Below are positions 12,601-19,669 of a DNA stretch of 20,273 bases, piece by piece. Below the pieces are notes generated by a model, which was not told the origin of the DNA, did no database searches, and saw only the letters and a list, made by a program, of their open reading frames with translations. Each line of letters opens with the position of its first letter. Position 1 is the first letter of the stretch. The stretch is from a virus: IMG/VR virus record IMGVR_UViG_3300033074_002003; one strand, written 5' to 3'. The position numbers were made by a program, and so were the translations under genes.

Positions 12601-13466
12601 TGACACACGTCAGGTCTTCGAAAAAGGGAGGACGCGGAAGGGTCGGAAAGAGCTCACTTCAGTGGGAGCAGGCAAAGAGGAAGTCGATTTCTTCGCTGGA
12701 GTGTGACACAGTGTCCTGGATGATGTCCAAGGCGGGCAAGATCCCGCTCCTCACTCACGACGAGAGCACCGAGCTTTTCAAGAAGCTCGAGGCGGGCGAC
12801 ACGCGCGTCCGCGAGAAGATCGTGAGCTCCAACCTGAAGCTCGTGATCTCCATCGCGAAGAAGTACAAGAAGCACACCGGCGTCGACTTCGAGGACCTCC
12901 TGCAGGAGGGCAACATCGGCCTCATGAAGGCGGTCGAGAAGTTCGATCACCGCCGCGGCTTCAGGTTCTCCACCTACGCGACGTGGTGGATCCGGCAGGC
13001 AGTCGGTCAGTTCGTCGCGAAGACGAGCCGGACGATCAGGCTTCCCGCACACGCGATCGGCGTCTCGCGCAAGATCGAGGACGTGAAGCGCGAGTACAGG
13101 GAGAAGTTCGGTGAGGAGCCCACCGAGGCGGACCTCTCTGAGATGATGGACGTCTCCGAGAGCATCATCAAGGCCGCTTCTCGAGGTGCCAGGCGGACGA
13201 TCTCGCTGTCCTCGCCCATCGATCGAGACTCTGACGGCGGAGACACCCTCGCGGACACGATCCCCGACACCTCTGCGGGTAGTAACCCGTTCGAGGCCTT
13301 CCTCGAGAAGGAGTCGTACCAGATCGTGAAGGAGTCGTTCGCGAAGCTCACTCCGAAAGAGGAACAGATCATCAGGCTCAGGTTCGGAATCTCTGATTCT
13401 ACGCCCGAGATGGAGATCAGCGAAGCCGAGGAGGAGGAGATCGCGCGGGCAGGAGGAGCACAGTGA
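12600..13466 (+). CDS. sigma-70 family RNA polymerase sigma factor (regions 2, 3 and 4.1 present; region 4.2 HTH absent)
   Basis: NLKLVISIAKKYKKHTGVDFEDLLQEGNIGLMKAVEKFDHRRGFRFSTYATWWIRQAV...RTIRLP is a near-consensus sigma-70 region 2.1-2.4. LTPKEEQIIRLRFGI is region 4.1. The ORF ends 24 aa later without the recognition HTH. TGATG overlap with the upstream gene. Confidence 0.8.
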   Translation: MTHVRSSKKGGRGRVGKSSLQWEQAKRKSISSLECDTVSWMMSKAGKIPLLTHDESTELFKKLEAGDTRVREKIVSSNLKLVISIAKKYKKHTGVDFEDLLQEGNIGLMKAVEKFDHRRGFRFSTYATWWIRQAVGQFVAKTSRTIRLPAHAIGVSRKIEDVKREYREKFGEEPTEADLSEMMDVSESIIKAASRGARRTISLSSPIDRDSDGGDTLADTIPDTSAGSNPFEAFLEKESYQIVKESFAKLTPKEEQIIRLRFGISDSTPEMEISEAEEEEIARAGGAQ

Positions 13467-13639
13467 AAGCCACGTACTGGTTCGTCTTCGATCGAAGGAA
13501 GCAATTCACCGAGTACGAGGCGTCGTTCCTCGACCGAGCGGAGGCTGACACCTACGCGAGCGACAAGCTCGGCGAGTTCGCGCACGTCACTCAGGACCTG
13601 AAAAATACGCTAGTCGTGCTGAAAGCGGGAGGACGATAG
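13463..13639 (+). CDS. unlisted small ORF (58 aa), GTG start overlapping the sigma stop (GTGA), preceded by AGGAGGAG
   Basis: Hand translation: VKATYWFVFDRRKQFTEYEASFLDRAEADTYASDKLGEFAHVTQDLKNTLVVLKAGGR. GC-rich third positions. Strong SD. The stop TAG lies 1 nt before the next ATG. Confidence 0.35.
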   Translation: MKATYWFVFDRRKQFTEYEASFLDRAEADTYASDKLGEFAHVTQDLKNTLVVLKAGGR

Positions 13640-13640
13640 G

Positions 13641-13919
13641 ATGGCAATGCCCTTGGGGAAGAAAATCAGCGGTGGGTACGCCACCGTGAAGGACGGCGGC
13701 GACTACCGCAAGATCGCCGAGGAGCTCACGCGCCGCGGGTTCAAGATGAATCACAGCAGCGCACGGAACAAGTTCCTCGCCGCGATGAAGAGCATCGCCG
13801 AAGACATCCTCCGGGCGGGCGGCAAGTCTCCCACGGACGAGGAGGTGTCTGAGCTCGCGAAGTCTCCCATGTTCCAGTCAGCGATCCACGACATGTACGA
13901 ACGTCACCTCGCTGAGTAA
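13641..13919 (+). CDS. hypothetical small protein with an HTH-like segment (92 aa)
   Basis: SD GGGAGGA 6 nt upstream. YRKIAEELTRRGFKMNHSSARNKFLAAMKSI has a helix-turn-helix pattern. Confidence 0.45.
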   Translation: MAMPLGKKISGGYATVKDGGDYRKIAEELTRRGFKMNHSSARNKFLAAMKSIAEDILRAGGKSPTDEEVSELAKSPMFQSAIHDMYERHLAE

Positions 13920-13963
13920 GCTCTCTCCTGTGAGAATACTTATCCTCGTCTACACGCGGGACG

Positions 13964-14125
13964 ATGATGAATACCTCACAGGATAGTGCTGAGTCTGCCG
14001 AGCGCGAGGCTCTCGAAGAATTGCTGAAGAAGAAGCCTGGCAGACCGAAGAAGAAGCAACCGAGGCACGGGGCCACATCGTGGCGTCACTGGCTCGAGAG
14101 CGATGAAGGAGTAGATTCCCAATGA
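13964..14125 (+). CDS. unlisted small ORF (53 aa) with a GRPKKK AT-hook-like motif; ATGA overlap with the next gene
   Basis: Hand translation: MMNTSQDSAESAEREALEELLKKKPGRPKKKQPRHGATSWRHWLESDEGVDSQ. Ends TGA at 14123-14125, overlapping ATG 14122. Confidence 0.3.
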   Translation: MMNTSQDSAESAEREALEELLKKKPGRPKKKQPRHGATSWRHWLESDEGVDSQ

Positions 14126-14469
14126 AGCCGTACAGTCGCAAGCCCACAGTGTGGGATCTGATCCAACGTCGCGGGGTGTCGCTCGCGGAGTGGGATCGTC
14201 ACTTCGGTGTCGCCTCGTACGCTGCACACGCGGCGCAGTGCGCTGTCGTTGGCGTCGAGCCGGCGACCGAGAGCGAATGGCTCGCGTCGAGGCCCGCACC
14301 GCCCGTGCAGGAGGTGTCCCAGCCCGAGAAGAAGCCCGAACTGCTCGTCTTTGTGCCGCTCGAGGAGCCGCGCGAGGTTGTGGCAGAGCCCGCCTCGCGC
14401 AAGGGCAAGGGCCGCAAGAGAGAAACAGATGTGACGACCGAGGGTGATGACGTGGTGCCGGAACGGTAA
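14122..14469 (+). CDS. hypothetical protein (115 aa)
   Basis: High GC3. The 3' end overlaps the start of tRNA-Cys by about 20 nt. Confidence 0.45.
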   Translation: MKPYSRKPTVWDLIQRRGVSLAEWDRHFGVASYAAHAAQCAVVGVEPATESEWLASRPAPPVQEVSQPEKKPELLVFVPLEEPREVVAEPASRKGKGRKRETDVTTEGDDVVPER

Positions 14470-14520
14470 CGGCTGCGTCTGCAAAACGCATGTGTGTGGG
14501 TTCGAATCCCGCCCACGTCT
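14449..14520 (+). tRNA. tRNA-Cys(GCA), 72 nt
   Basis: Acceptor GACGTGG/CCACGTC is perfect. D-stem GCCG/CGGC. Anticodon stem TGCGT/ACGCA with loop CTGCAAA. T-arm GTGGG-TTCGAAT-CCCGC with one G-U pair. Confidence 0.65.
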
Positions 14521-14530
14521 CGACGAGTAG

Positions 14531-14581
14531 CACAGTGTACCCAGATATGGTACACTGTGTACATTTTACACCCAGAGTGTA
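14531..14581 (+). promoter_or_regulatory. perfect 11-bp-stem hairpin (CACAGTGTACC / GGTACACTGTG, 7-nt loop) followed by ACATTTT, plus a third AGTGTAC copy 41 nt downstream; candidate terminator and/or operator upstream of the kinase-ligase-deacetylase block
   Basis: Inverted and direct repeats of AGTGTAC/GTACACT at 14534, 14551 and 14575, seen directly. Lies between tRNA-Cys and the ATG at 14595. Confidence 0.4.
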
Positions 14582-14594
14582 CTATGGCCACTGC

Positions 14595-15134
14595 ATGAGA
14601 TGCAAGTCTGATTTTCTCGGTCGCCTCTGTGCATACGAACCCGACGCGCTCGTACGATTCGGCGTCGGGAGGCGCGTCGGTTCCGGTCGAAGCGGCACTG
14701 TGTATGAGTCCGCCCGTGGGTGTGTCATCAAGGTGGCGTCAGCGGGAATCGAATTTTGGGACGAGATCGACGGGATCCTCTCGTACCTCAAGGACGTCAA
14801 GAACCCATCGGTGATGGACGTGAAGGAGTACCACTTCATCGGATCTGACGCGTCTGACGTGCTCTACTGCCTCATCTCGGAGCGGCTTCACCCGATCGAC
14901 AATGACGACGAGGGCGAATTTGCCTGTGCTGTTGTCGACGACGTGTGGAACCCAGAGAACGTGCCAGACGAGACTCGGGCCGACCCGCGCTGGCACTCGC
15001 GCCCTTTCGAGGAGCTCAGGAAAAATCTCAGGGCGCTCCCATATGTCCACAAGGACATTCACTGGGGGAATATCATGAAGGACTGTTTCGGAAACTACAA
15101 GCTCATCGATGTGGAGGCTTTCAATGTCACGTGA
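14595..15134 (+). CDS. minimal Hanks-type (eukaryotic-like) protein kinase-like protein, about 180 aa, lacking the activation segment/C-lobe
   Basis: Gly-rich loop GVGRRVGSGRSGTVYE. VIKV, the beta3 Lys. HKDIHWGNIM (an HRDxxxxN-like catalytic loop). KLIDVE (DFG-like). Start set at ATG 14595. The track ORF starts at 14490 inside tRNA-Cys. Confidence 0.55.
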   Translation: MRCKSDFLGRLCAYEPDALVRFGVGRRVGSGRSGTVYESARGCVIKVASAGIEFWDEIDGILSYLKDVKNPSVMDVKEYHFIGSDASDVLYCLISERLHPIDNDDEGEFACAVVDDVWNPENVPDETRADPRWHSRPFEELRKNLRALPYVHKDIHWGNIMKDCFGNYKLIDVEAFNVT

Positions 15135-16452
15135 TGTCATCCGCGCATTTGCGACGCTTCTTGCGCTCGAGGGCGCACAGGGATCGAACGCGAAGAAGGC
15201 GCTGCTCGAGGCAGAGTTCGACAACGAGGCCCTTCGCGACCTCGTATTTGCCGCGTACGGCGGCGATGTGTACGGGTCGTATTCGACGCTGAAGTTCGAC
15301 GACGAAGAAGGGCCCGCACCGTCGCCAGAGCGCTTCGATGACTTCTTCGCGATGCTGAAGCGCCTCGCTCGCCGTGAGGTGACGGGCGACGCAGCCGTTG
15401 CAGAGATCGACGCGTTCATCGGCGGCTGCAACGTCACCGAGAAGAAGTGGTACAGGCGTGTGATCGACCACGACCTGAAGGTCGGTTGCAACAAGAGGAC
15501 GTTCTCGAAGGTCTGGGACTTCAAGTCGCTCGCGCTCGGCGGCGACGTGAAGGACATAGCGGACGTCACCTTCCCGGGCGTCATGCTGTGTGAACCGAAG
15601 GAGAAGTACGTCGCGAAGTTCACAGGCGATCTCCTCGTCGAACCGAAGCTCGATGGCCTGCGCCTCGTCTTCGTGTGGGAGGGCCGTGACAAGTGGTCTT
15701 TCTTCTCGCGATCGGGGAAGAATGACAGGTACAACGACAACCTGAAGCACATTGCGGCGAACCTCGTGGGCGCGATGCACGTCTGTGGCTGGCGCAAGGG
15801 AATCATCGACGGCGAGGTGATGGGTGAGACGTGGAACAGCACGCTCGCCGTGAAGCGCAAGGAGCTCACCGCACAGGACCTCGAGGAGATCGCCCGCTGC
15901 AAGTTCCACGCGTTCGATCACCTCACTGGCCCGGACGACGTGCGACCGCAGCACAAGAGACGGGCGACGCTCGCGGGGATCTGCGGGCACATCGAGTCTA
16001 ACTACGCGGGTTCGAAGGTGACGCTCGTGCCGCAGACGCGGGTGAAGTCGCTCGAAGAGGCCCGGGCGCTCTTCAACACGTTCCTCACACAGGGGTACGA
16101 GGGCGCGATCGTGAAGGACTCGGACGCTGTCTACAAGTTCGACAACAAGCGCTCGAAGCTCTGGATCAAGATCAAGCCCGTCGACACACAGGACGTTCGC
16201 GTCACCGGATTCTATCCCGGGAAGGAGCGCACGAAGTACGAGGGCACTCTCGGGGGCTTCAACGTGATCGACGCGGGCGGGCAGGAGTTCAATGTCGGCG
16301 GCGGGTTCACCGACGCACAGCGGAACGCCTTCTGGGAGGGCCGCGAGGGGTACGTGGGCAAGTACTGTGAGATCGAGTTCCAACCCGATCCCGCACAGGT
16401 CGCAAAGGGAAGGTTTCCGGTATTCATTCGCTGGCGGGAGGACTTGGAGTGA
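15124..16452 (+). CDS. lig: ATP-dependent DNA ligase
   Basis: Nucleotidyltransferase motifs: I EPKLDGLRL (KxDGxR), III IIDGEVM, IV EGAIVKD, V LWIKIKP. C-terminal OB-like GKYCEIEFQ...RFPVFIRWREDLE. GGAGG 6 nt upstream of ATG 15124. Overlaps the kinase stop. Confidence 0.8.
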   Translation: MSRDVIRAFATLLALEGAQGSNAKKALLEAEFDNEALRDLVFAAYGGDVYGSYSTLKFDDEEGPAPSPERFDDFFAMLKRLARREVTGDAAVAEIDAFIGGCNVTEKKWYRRVIDHDLKVGCNKRTFSKVWDFKSLALGGDVKDIADVTFPGVMLCEPKEKYVAKFTGDLLVEPKLDGLRLVFVWEGRDKWSFFSRSGKNDRYNDNLKHIAANLVGAMHVCGWRKGIIDGEVMGETWNSTLAVKRKELTAQDLEEIARCKFHAFDHLTGPDDVRPQHKRRATLAGICGHIESNYAGSKVTLVPQTRVKSLEEARALFNTFLTQGYEGAIVKDSDAVYKFDNKRSKLWIKIKPVDTQDVRVTGFYPGKERTKYEGTLGGFNVIDAGGQEFNVGGGFTDAQRNAFWEGREGYVGKYCEIEFQPDPAQVAKGRFPVFIRWREDLE

Positions 16453-17321
16453 TGAGAGAGCACAATTCGTACGCGCTGCCCGTTTTCTACTCAGACCTGA
16501 TGGTCGCCGATTCCCAGTCGATCTCGCCCTCGGCGGCGAAACCCAAGGCTGTGGTGAGATCGTGGATCGAACGCGCCCTGCACATCGAGCTCTACGAGCC
16601 CGAGCCCGTCACGCCAGCACAGTTCGCGCTCGCTCACGATCCCGAGTATGTTCGACAGATCCTTGCGTGCGAGCGTGACAACGGGTTTGGGAACAGGAGC
16701 GCCGCTGTCGCTGCGGCACTTCCTTACACTACGGGCGCGATGCTCTCCGGTGCTCGCCACGCTCTGAAGCACAGGTGCGCGGTCGCCGCACCATGTTCCG
16801 GATTTCACCATGCCGAGTATGACCAAGAACAGGGCTTCTGCACGTTCAACGGGCTCATGGTCACCGCGCTCGCGCTCGAGGCAGAAGGGCTCGCGAGGCG
16901 CGTTGGGATCCTCGATTGCGACATGCACTACGGCAACGGCACAAATGAGATCGCACACAGGCTGCGAAAGTTCGGTCTCATCTCCCATTTCACTGCTGGC
17001 GCGCACTTCGAGGAGGTCGAAGACGCCGATCGCTTCATGTCGAGCATCGCAGATATCGCCTGGCAGTTCAACGACTGCGACATTATTCTCTATCAGGCGG
17101 GTGCGGATCCACACGTCAACGATCCCTACGGTGGGTTTCTCACGACGGCGCAGATGAAGGAGCGCGACAGGATCGTGTTCAGCGCGTTCCGTGCGATGAA
17201 CAAGCCGGTCGTCTGGAACCTCGCTGGCGGCTATCAGGTCGAGCGCGACGGGAGCATTCCGAAAGTGCTCGAGATCCACGACAACACCGCTATCGAGTGC
17301 ATCAAGGCTTTCTCTTACTAG
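16449..17321 (+). CDS. histone-deacetylase-family (HDAC/AcuC/acetylpolyamine amidohydrolase-like) zinc-dependent deacetylase
   Basis: ILDCDMHYGNGT, YQAGADPHVNDPYGGFLTT, VVWNLAGGY and GFCTFNG match the conserved HDAC-fold metal and substrate motifs. ATGA overlap with the ligase stop. Confidence 0.75.
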   Translation: MMREHNSYALPVFYSDLMVADSQSISPSAAKPKAVVRSWIERALHIELYEPEPVTPAQFALAHDPEYVRQILACERDNGFGNRSAAVAAALPYTTGAMLSGARHALKHRCAVAAPCSGFHHAEYDQEQGFCTFNGLMVTALALEAEGLARRVGILDCDMHYGNGTNEIAHRLRKFGLISHFTAGAHFEEVEDADRFMSSIADIAWQFNDCDIILYQAGADPHVNDPYGGFLTTAQMKERDRIVFSAFRAMNKPVVWNLAGGYQVERDGSIPKVLEIHDNTAIECIKAFSY

Positions 17322-17375
17322 GTGCACGTGCCCCTCGTGTGCCCGTGTGATATGATGCGGTGAAAGGAGCACACA

Positions 17376-18092
17376 ATGAGCGAAGAGAAGAGAGTCGACC
17401 TCTACAAGGCCACCGAAGAGCAACTGCAATTCGCGGCGACGCGTCCCACTGTGTGGGAGGAGAGGTGGGCCAAAGGCGACGGCTGCGTGGGCATCCCGTT
17501 GCAGGAATGGTTCAACGCTCGCCTCGACGCCGCTCGCACGAGGGGTGGCAGGGAAGCTGAGGACCGCGTTTCCGCGTGTCCTGGTCAACAGATCATGCGC
17601 ATCAGAGACAACATTGCGGGTGTCTTCGGCGCCACGAGCGCGGAGGTCATCTCGACGCACCGGTCGAAGTCTGTGGAGCTTCCCGTCTACAGGCTCACGA
17701 ACGATCGCCTGAAGGTGCGAGCGTACCTCCGTGACAACTTCTACAACATCAAGCTGTCGATCGATTCGGAGCGCCCGGTGAACGCAGACTTCACCGGTCT
17801 CTTCGAGACAGCGCACACGCACGAGCACGACGATTACTCGGGCGACGACCTCGCGTCGTGCTACTTCGAGGGCTTCCCTGAGTCGCTGGTGTTCGACTAC
17901 TATGGTCACACCGACGGTCGGAGATGGAGCGCCCAACTGCGTGGGTACGAGTCGCTGTGGACGGCACTCTTCCTCATCAGAAGGTCGTTCGGTGACATTC
18001 ACAGGATCGAATCGAATGGTGACGTCGATCACACGCGGGAAATGGACCGCGACACGGCCCTGAGGCTCATCAGAGAACGGAAAACGAAGTGA
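17376..18092 (+). CDS. hypothetical protein (238 aa)
   Basis: AAGGAG 8 nt upstream of the ATG. High GC3. Confidence 0.55.
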   Translation: MSEEKRVDLYKATEEQLQFAATRPTVWEERWAKGDGCVGIPLQEWFNARLDAARTRGGREAEDRVSACPGQQIMRIRDNIAGVFGATSAEVISTHRSKSVELPVYRLTNDRLKVRAYLRDNFYNIKLSIDSERPVNADFTGLFETAHTHEHDDYSGDDLASCYFEGFPESLVFDYYGHTDGRRWSAQLRGYESLWTALFLIRRSFGDIHRIESNGDVDHTREMDRDTALRLIRERKTK

Positions 18093-18418
18093 TGGACGCG
18101 GAATTTGTCATTCCTTTCACGACAACGAAACCAGTCGTCGGCGGTACGTACCACGGGAAGCAGTGGCGATGGGCGTTGTTCATCGCCACCTCCGCGTCGC
18201 GCTTCCCACTCGACATCCTGCTGACGAGAGAGGCATCAGACGACGGCGTCAAGTTCTACCCCATCTCATCGTACTTCGACTTCAACCTGAGACTGAAGAA
18301 CATGAAGTTTGGGCGGGACCACCTCTGGTACGATGGCCCACACGACTCGCTTCACCTCGGGCCCATCAACTTCGCGTGGTCTTGGTGGTCGTGTGAGAAG
18401 TGCGAAGAGGGGATCTGA
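18089..18418 (+). CDS. hypothetical protein (109 aa)
   Basis: ATGA overlap with the upstream stop. Trp-rich C-terminus with CEKCEE. Confidence 0.5.
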   Translation: MMDAEFVIPFTTTKPVVGGTYHGKQWRWALFIATSASRFPLDILLTREASDDGVKFYPISSYFDFNLRLKNMKFGRDHLWYDGPHDSLHLGPINFAWSWWSCEKCEEGI

Positions 18419-18419
18419 G

Positions 18420-18737
18420 ATGGCGAAGAAGATCGGTGTCGAGGCGCTCGCGCGCATTCTGTTCAGTACTGTCGAAGCGTGCTACGAGAAATGCGATCAC
18501 ACGTATCGCGTTGACATGCCACTCGAACTCGTTGGTCGCCTGCGCGGGAACGTCGAAATCCCAGATCGCGAAAAAGAATCAGAGTTCTACCACCTGGGAG
18601 ATCCACGCTTGAGGAACATGTATCGCGACGTCGCGCGATCGATCATCAGCGGGATCTCGTACAACGAGATCGTAGACGCGCGAGCCAGGGCTAAAGCGAA
18701 GTCAGCGAAGAGGAAGAAGAGCAAGAAGAAGGGCTAG
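18420..18737 (+). CDS. hypothetical protein with a Lys-rich C-terminal tail (105 aa)
   Basis: Start moved to ATG 18420, after GAGGGGATCTGAG. The upstream in-frame extension would overlap the previous gene. Confidence 0.45.
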   Translation: MAKKIGVEALARILFSTVEACYEKCDHTYRVDMPLELVGRLRGNVEIPDREKESEFYHLGDPRLRNMYRDVARSIISGISYNEIVDARARAKAKSAKRKKSKKKG

Positions 18738-18742
18738 GCACA

Positions 18743-19120
18743 ATGGAGCATCTCCCGCTCGTGCTCGTATGGAACCACGCCGAGAAGAACCCAGAGACGT
18801 CTGCGTCGCCCGCGAAGATCGTCGGTGAGTTCGCGAGCCACATGGCGCTCGCTGTGCACGTCGAGCTCATGGACAGAGAGGTGTGGTCCGGCCGCTCGCT
18901 CTACGTCGTGCTGGGACCCAGCACGCACCCGCGTCCCAGTGATTCGATTTGCAATATCGGTCGCTCGCGTCCCTCTTCGGGCGACTGGTGGGCCTCGCGC
19001 CCAGGATCACACGGGTGGTGCAGGTCGCTGCTCTACCAGTGGGCAAACCTTGGTGGCGACTGGGAACAAGAGTCTAAGCAGTTTGCCGCCGAAGAGCTGG
19101 AGAGGCGAGGTTGGCGATGA
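18743..19120 (+). CDS. hypothetical protein (125 aa)
   Basis: Open frame with high GC3. Directly follows the previous stop. Confidence 0.45.
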   Translation: MEHLPLVLVWNHAEKNPETSASPAKIVGEFASHMALAVHVELMDREVWSGRSLYVVLGPSTHPRPSDSICNIGRSRPSSGDWWASRPGSHGWCRSLLYQWANLGGDWEQESKQFAAEELERRGWR

Positions 19121-19428
19121 GCGAGAAGTTCGTGATCAAGTACAGTGACGGGCTCTACGAGCACGAATCGGGATTTCCGGTCACACTCGAGGGCGCGACA
19201 CGGTACGAAACAGCCGAAGCAGCGTGCGCGCAAGCCGCGAATCTCTGTTGGGACCCAGTCGTCATTCCTGAGCCGCCACCGACTGCAAACTTGTCTGATA
19301 TGCGAAGGGCTCTCGCTGCGATCGCCAGAGACATCGCAGAAGAGCCGACGGTCACGACCGGTGAGGTGGACGCTGCGTATGCCCTCGCTCGCGAGTGTGC
19401 GAGAGAAGAAGGGTTTGAGATTCCGTGA
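19117..19428 (+). CDS. hypothetical protein (103 aa)
   Basis: ATGA overlap (ATG 19117) with the upstream stop. The track ORF starts at TTG 19111. Confidence 0.45.
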   Translation: MSEKFVIKYSDGLYEHESGFPVTLEGATRYETAEAACAQAANLCWDPVVIPEPPPTANLSDMRRALAAIARDIAEEPTVTTGEVDAAYALARECAREEGFEIP

Positions 19429-19459
19429 ACTCTGTCATCCTGTGTGATAGAGTGACGGC

Positions 19460-19660
19460 ATGTCTTCAACGCACCTCGATGACGGTCTGTTCTGCTACCC
19501 ACCGACGATCGTGAAGAACAAGACGCGATGCAAGCACGGTGAGGGCACGTGCGCCCTGTGTGGAACTTGTGATGCCACAGACGAAGTCCACACCACAACA
19601 GACGGTGTGGGACCCGTTGCTGCGCTCACGACTCACAAGAAGCGCAAGCGTCGGAAGTAA
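19460..19660 (+). CDS. small Cys-rich protein with a basic tail (66 aa)
   Basis: CKHGEGTCALCGTC cluster. KKRKRRK C-terminus. Confidence 0.4.
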   Translation: MSSTHLDDGLFCYPPTIVKNKTRCKHGEGTCALCGTCDATDEVHTTTDGVGPVAALTTHKKRKRRK

Positions 19661-19669
19661 GGAGCAACA

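Noticed and set aside
12654-13585. Minus-strand ORFs (132 and 192 aa) antisense to the sigma-factor gene
   Set aside because: The sigma-70 region 2/3/4.1 motifs unambiguously define the + strand frame. The antisense ORFs lack starts and RBS.
13976-14533. 185-aa minus-strand ORF antisense to 14122..14469 and tRNA-Cys
   Set aside because: It overlaps a tRNA gene and a + strand CDS that is translationally coupled (ATGA) to its neighbour. The antisense product is Arg/Ala/Pro-rich low-complexity sequence.
14739-15902. 387-aa minus-strand ORF antisense to the kinase/ligase junction
   Set aside because: Same reasoning as above. It overlaps two + strand genes that have strong motif support and translational coupling.
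15127-16383. 418-aa minus-strand ORF antisense to the DNA ligase gene
   Set aside because: The + strand frame carries the complete ligase motif set (KxDGxR, DGEV, EGxIVK, KIK) and an SD. The antisense product is Arg/Leu/Val-rich low-complexity sequence, typical of spurious open frames on the opposite strand of high-GC genes.
16491-18032. 513-aa minus-strand ORF spanning the deacetylase and the next gene in antisense
   Set aside because: It crosses an intergenic boundary of two well-supported + strand genes, including the HDAC motifs. It has no start-site signal or recognisable domain. It is a high-GC antisense artefact.
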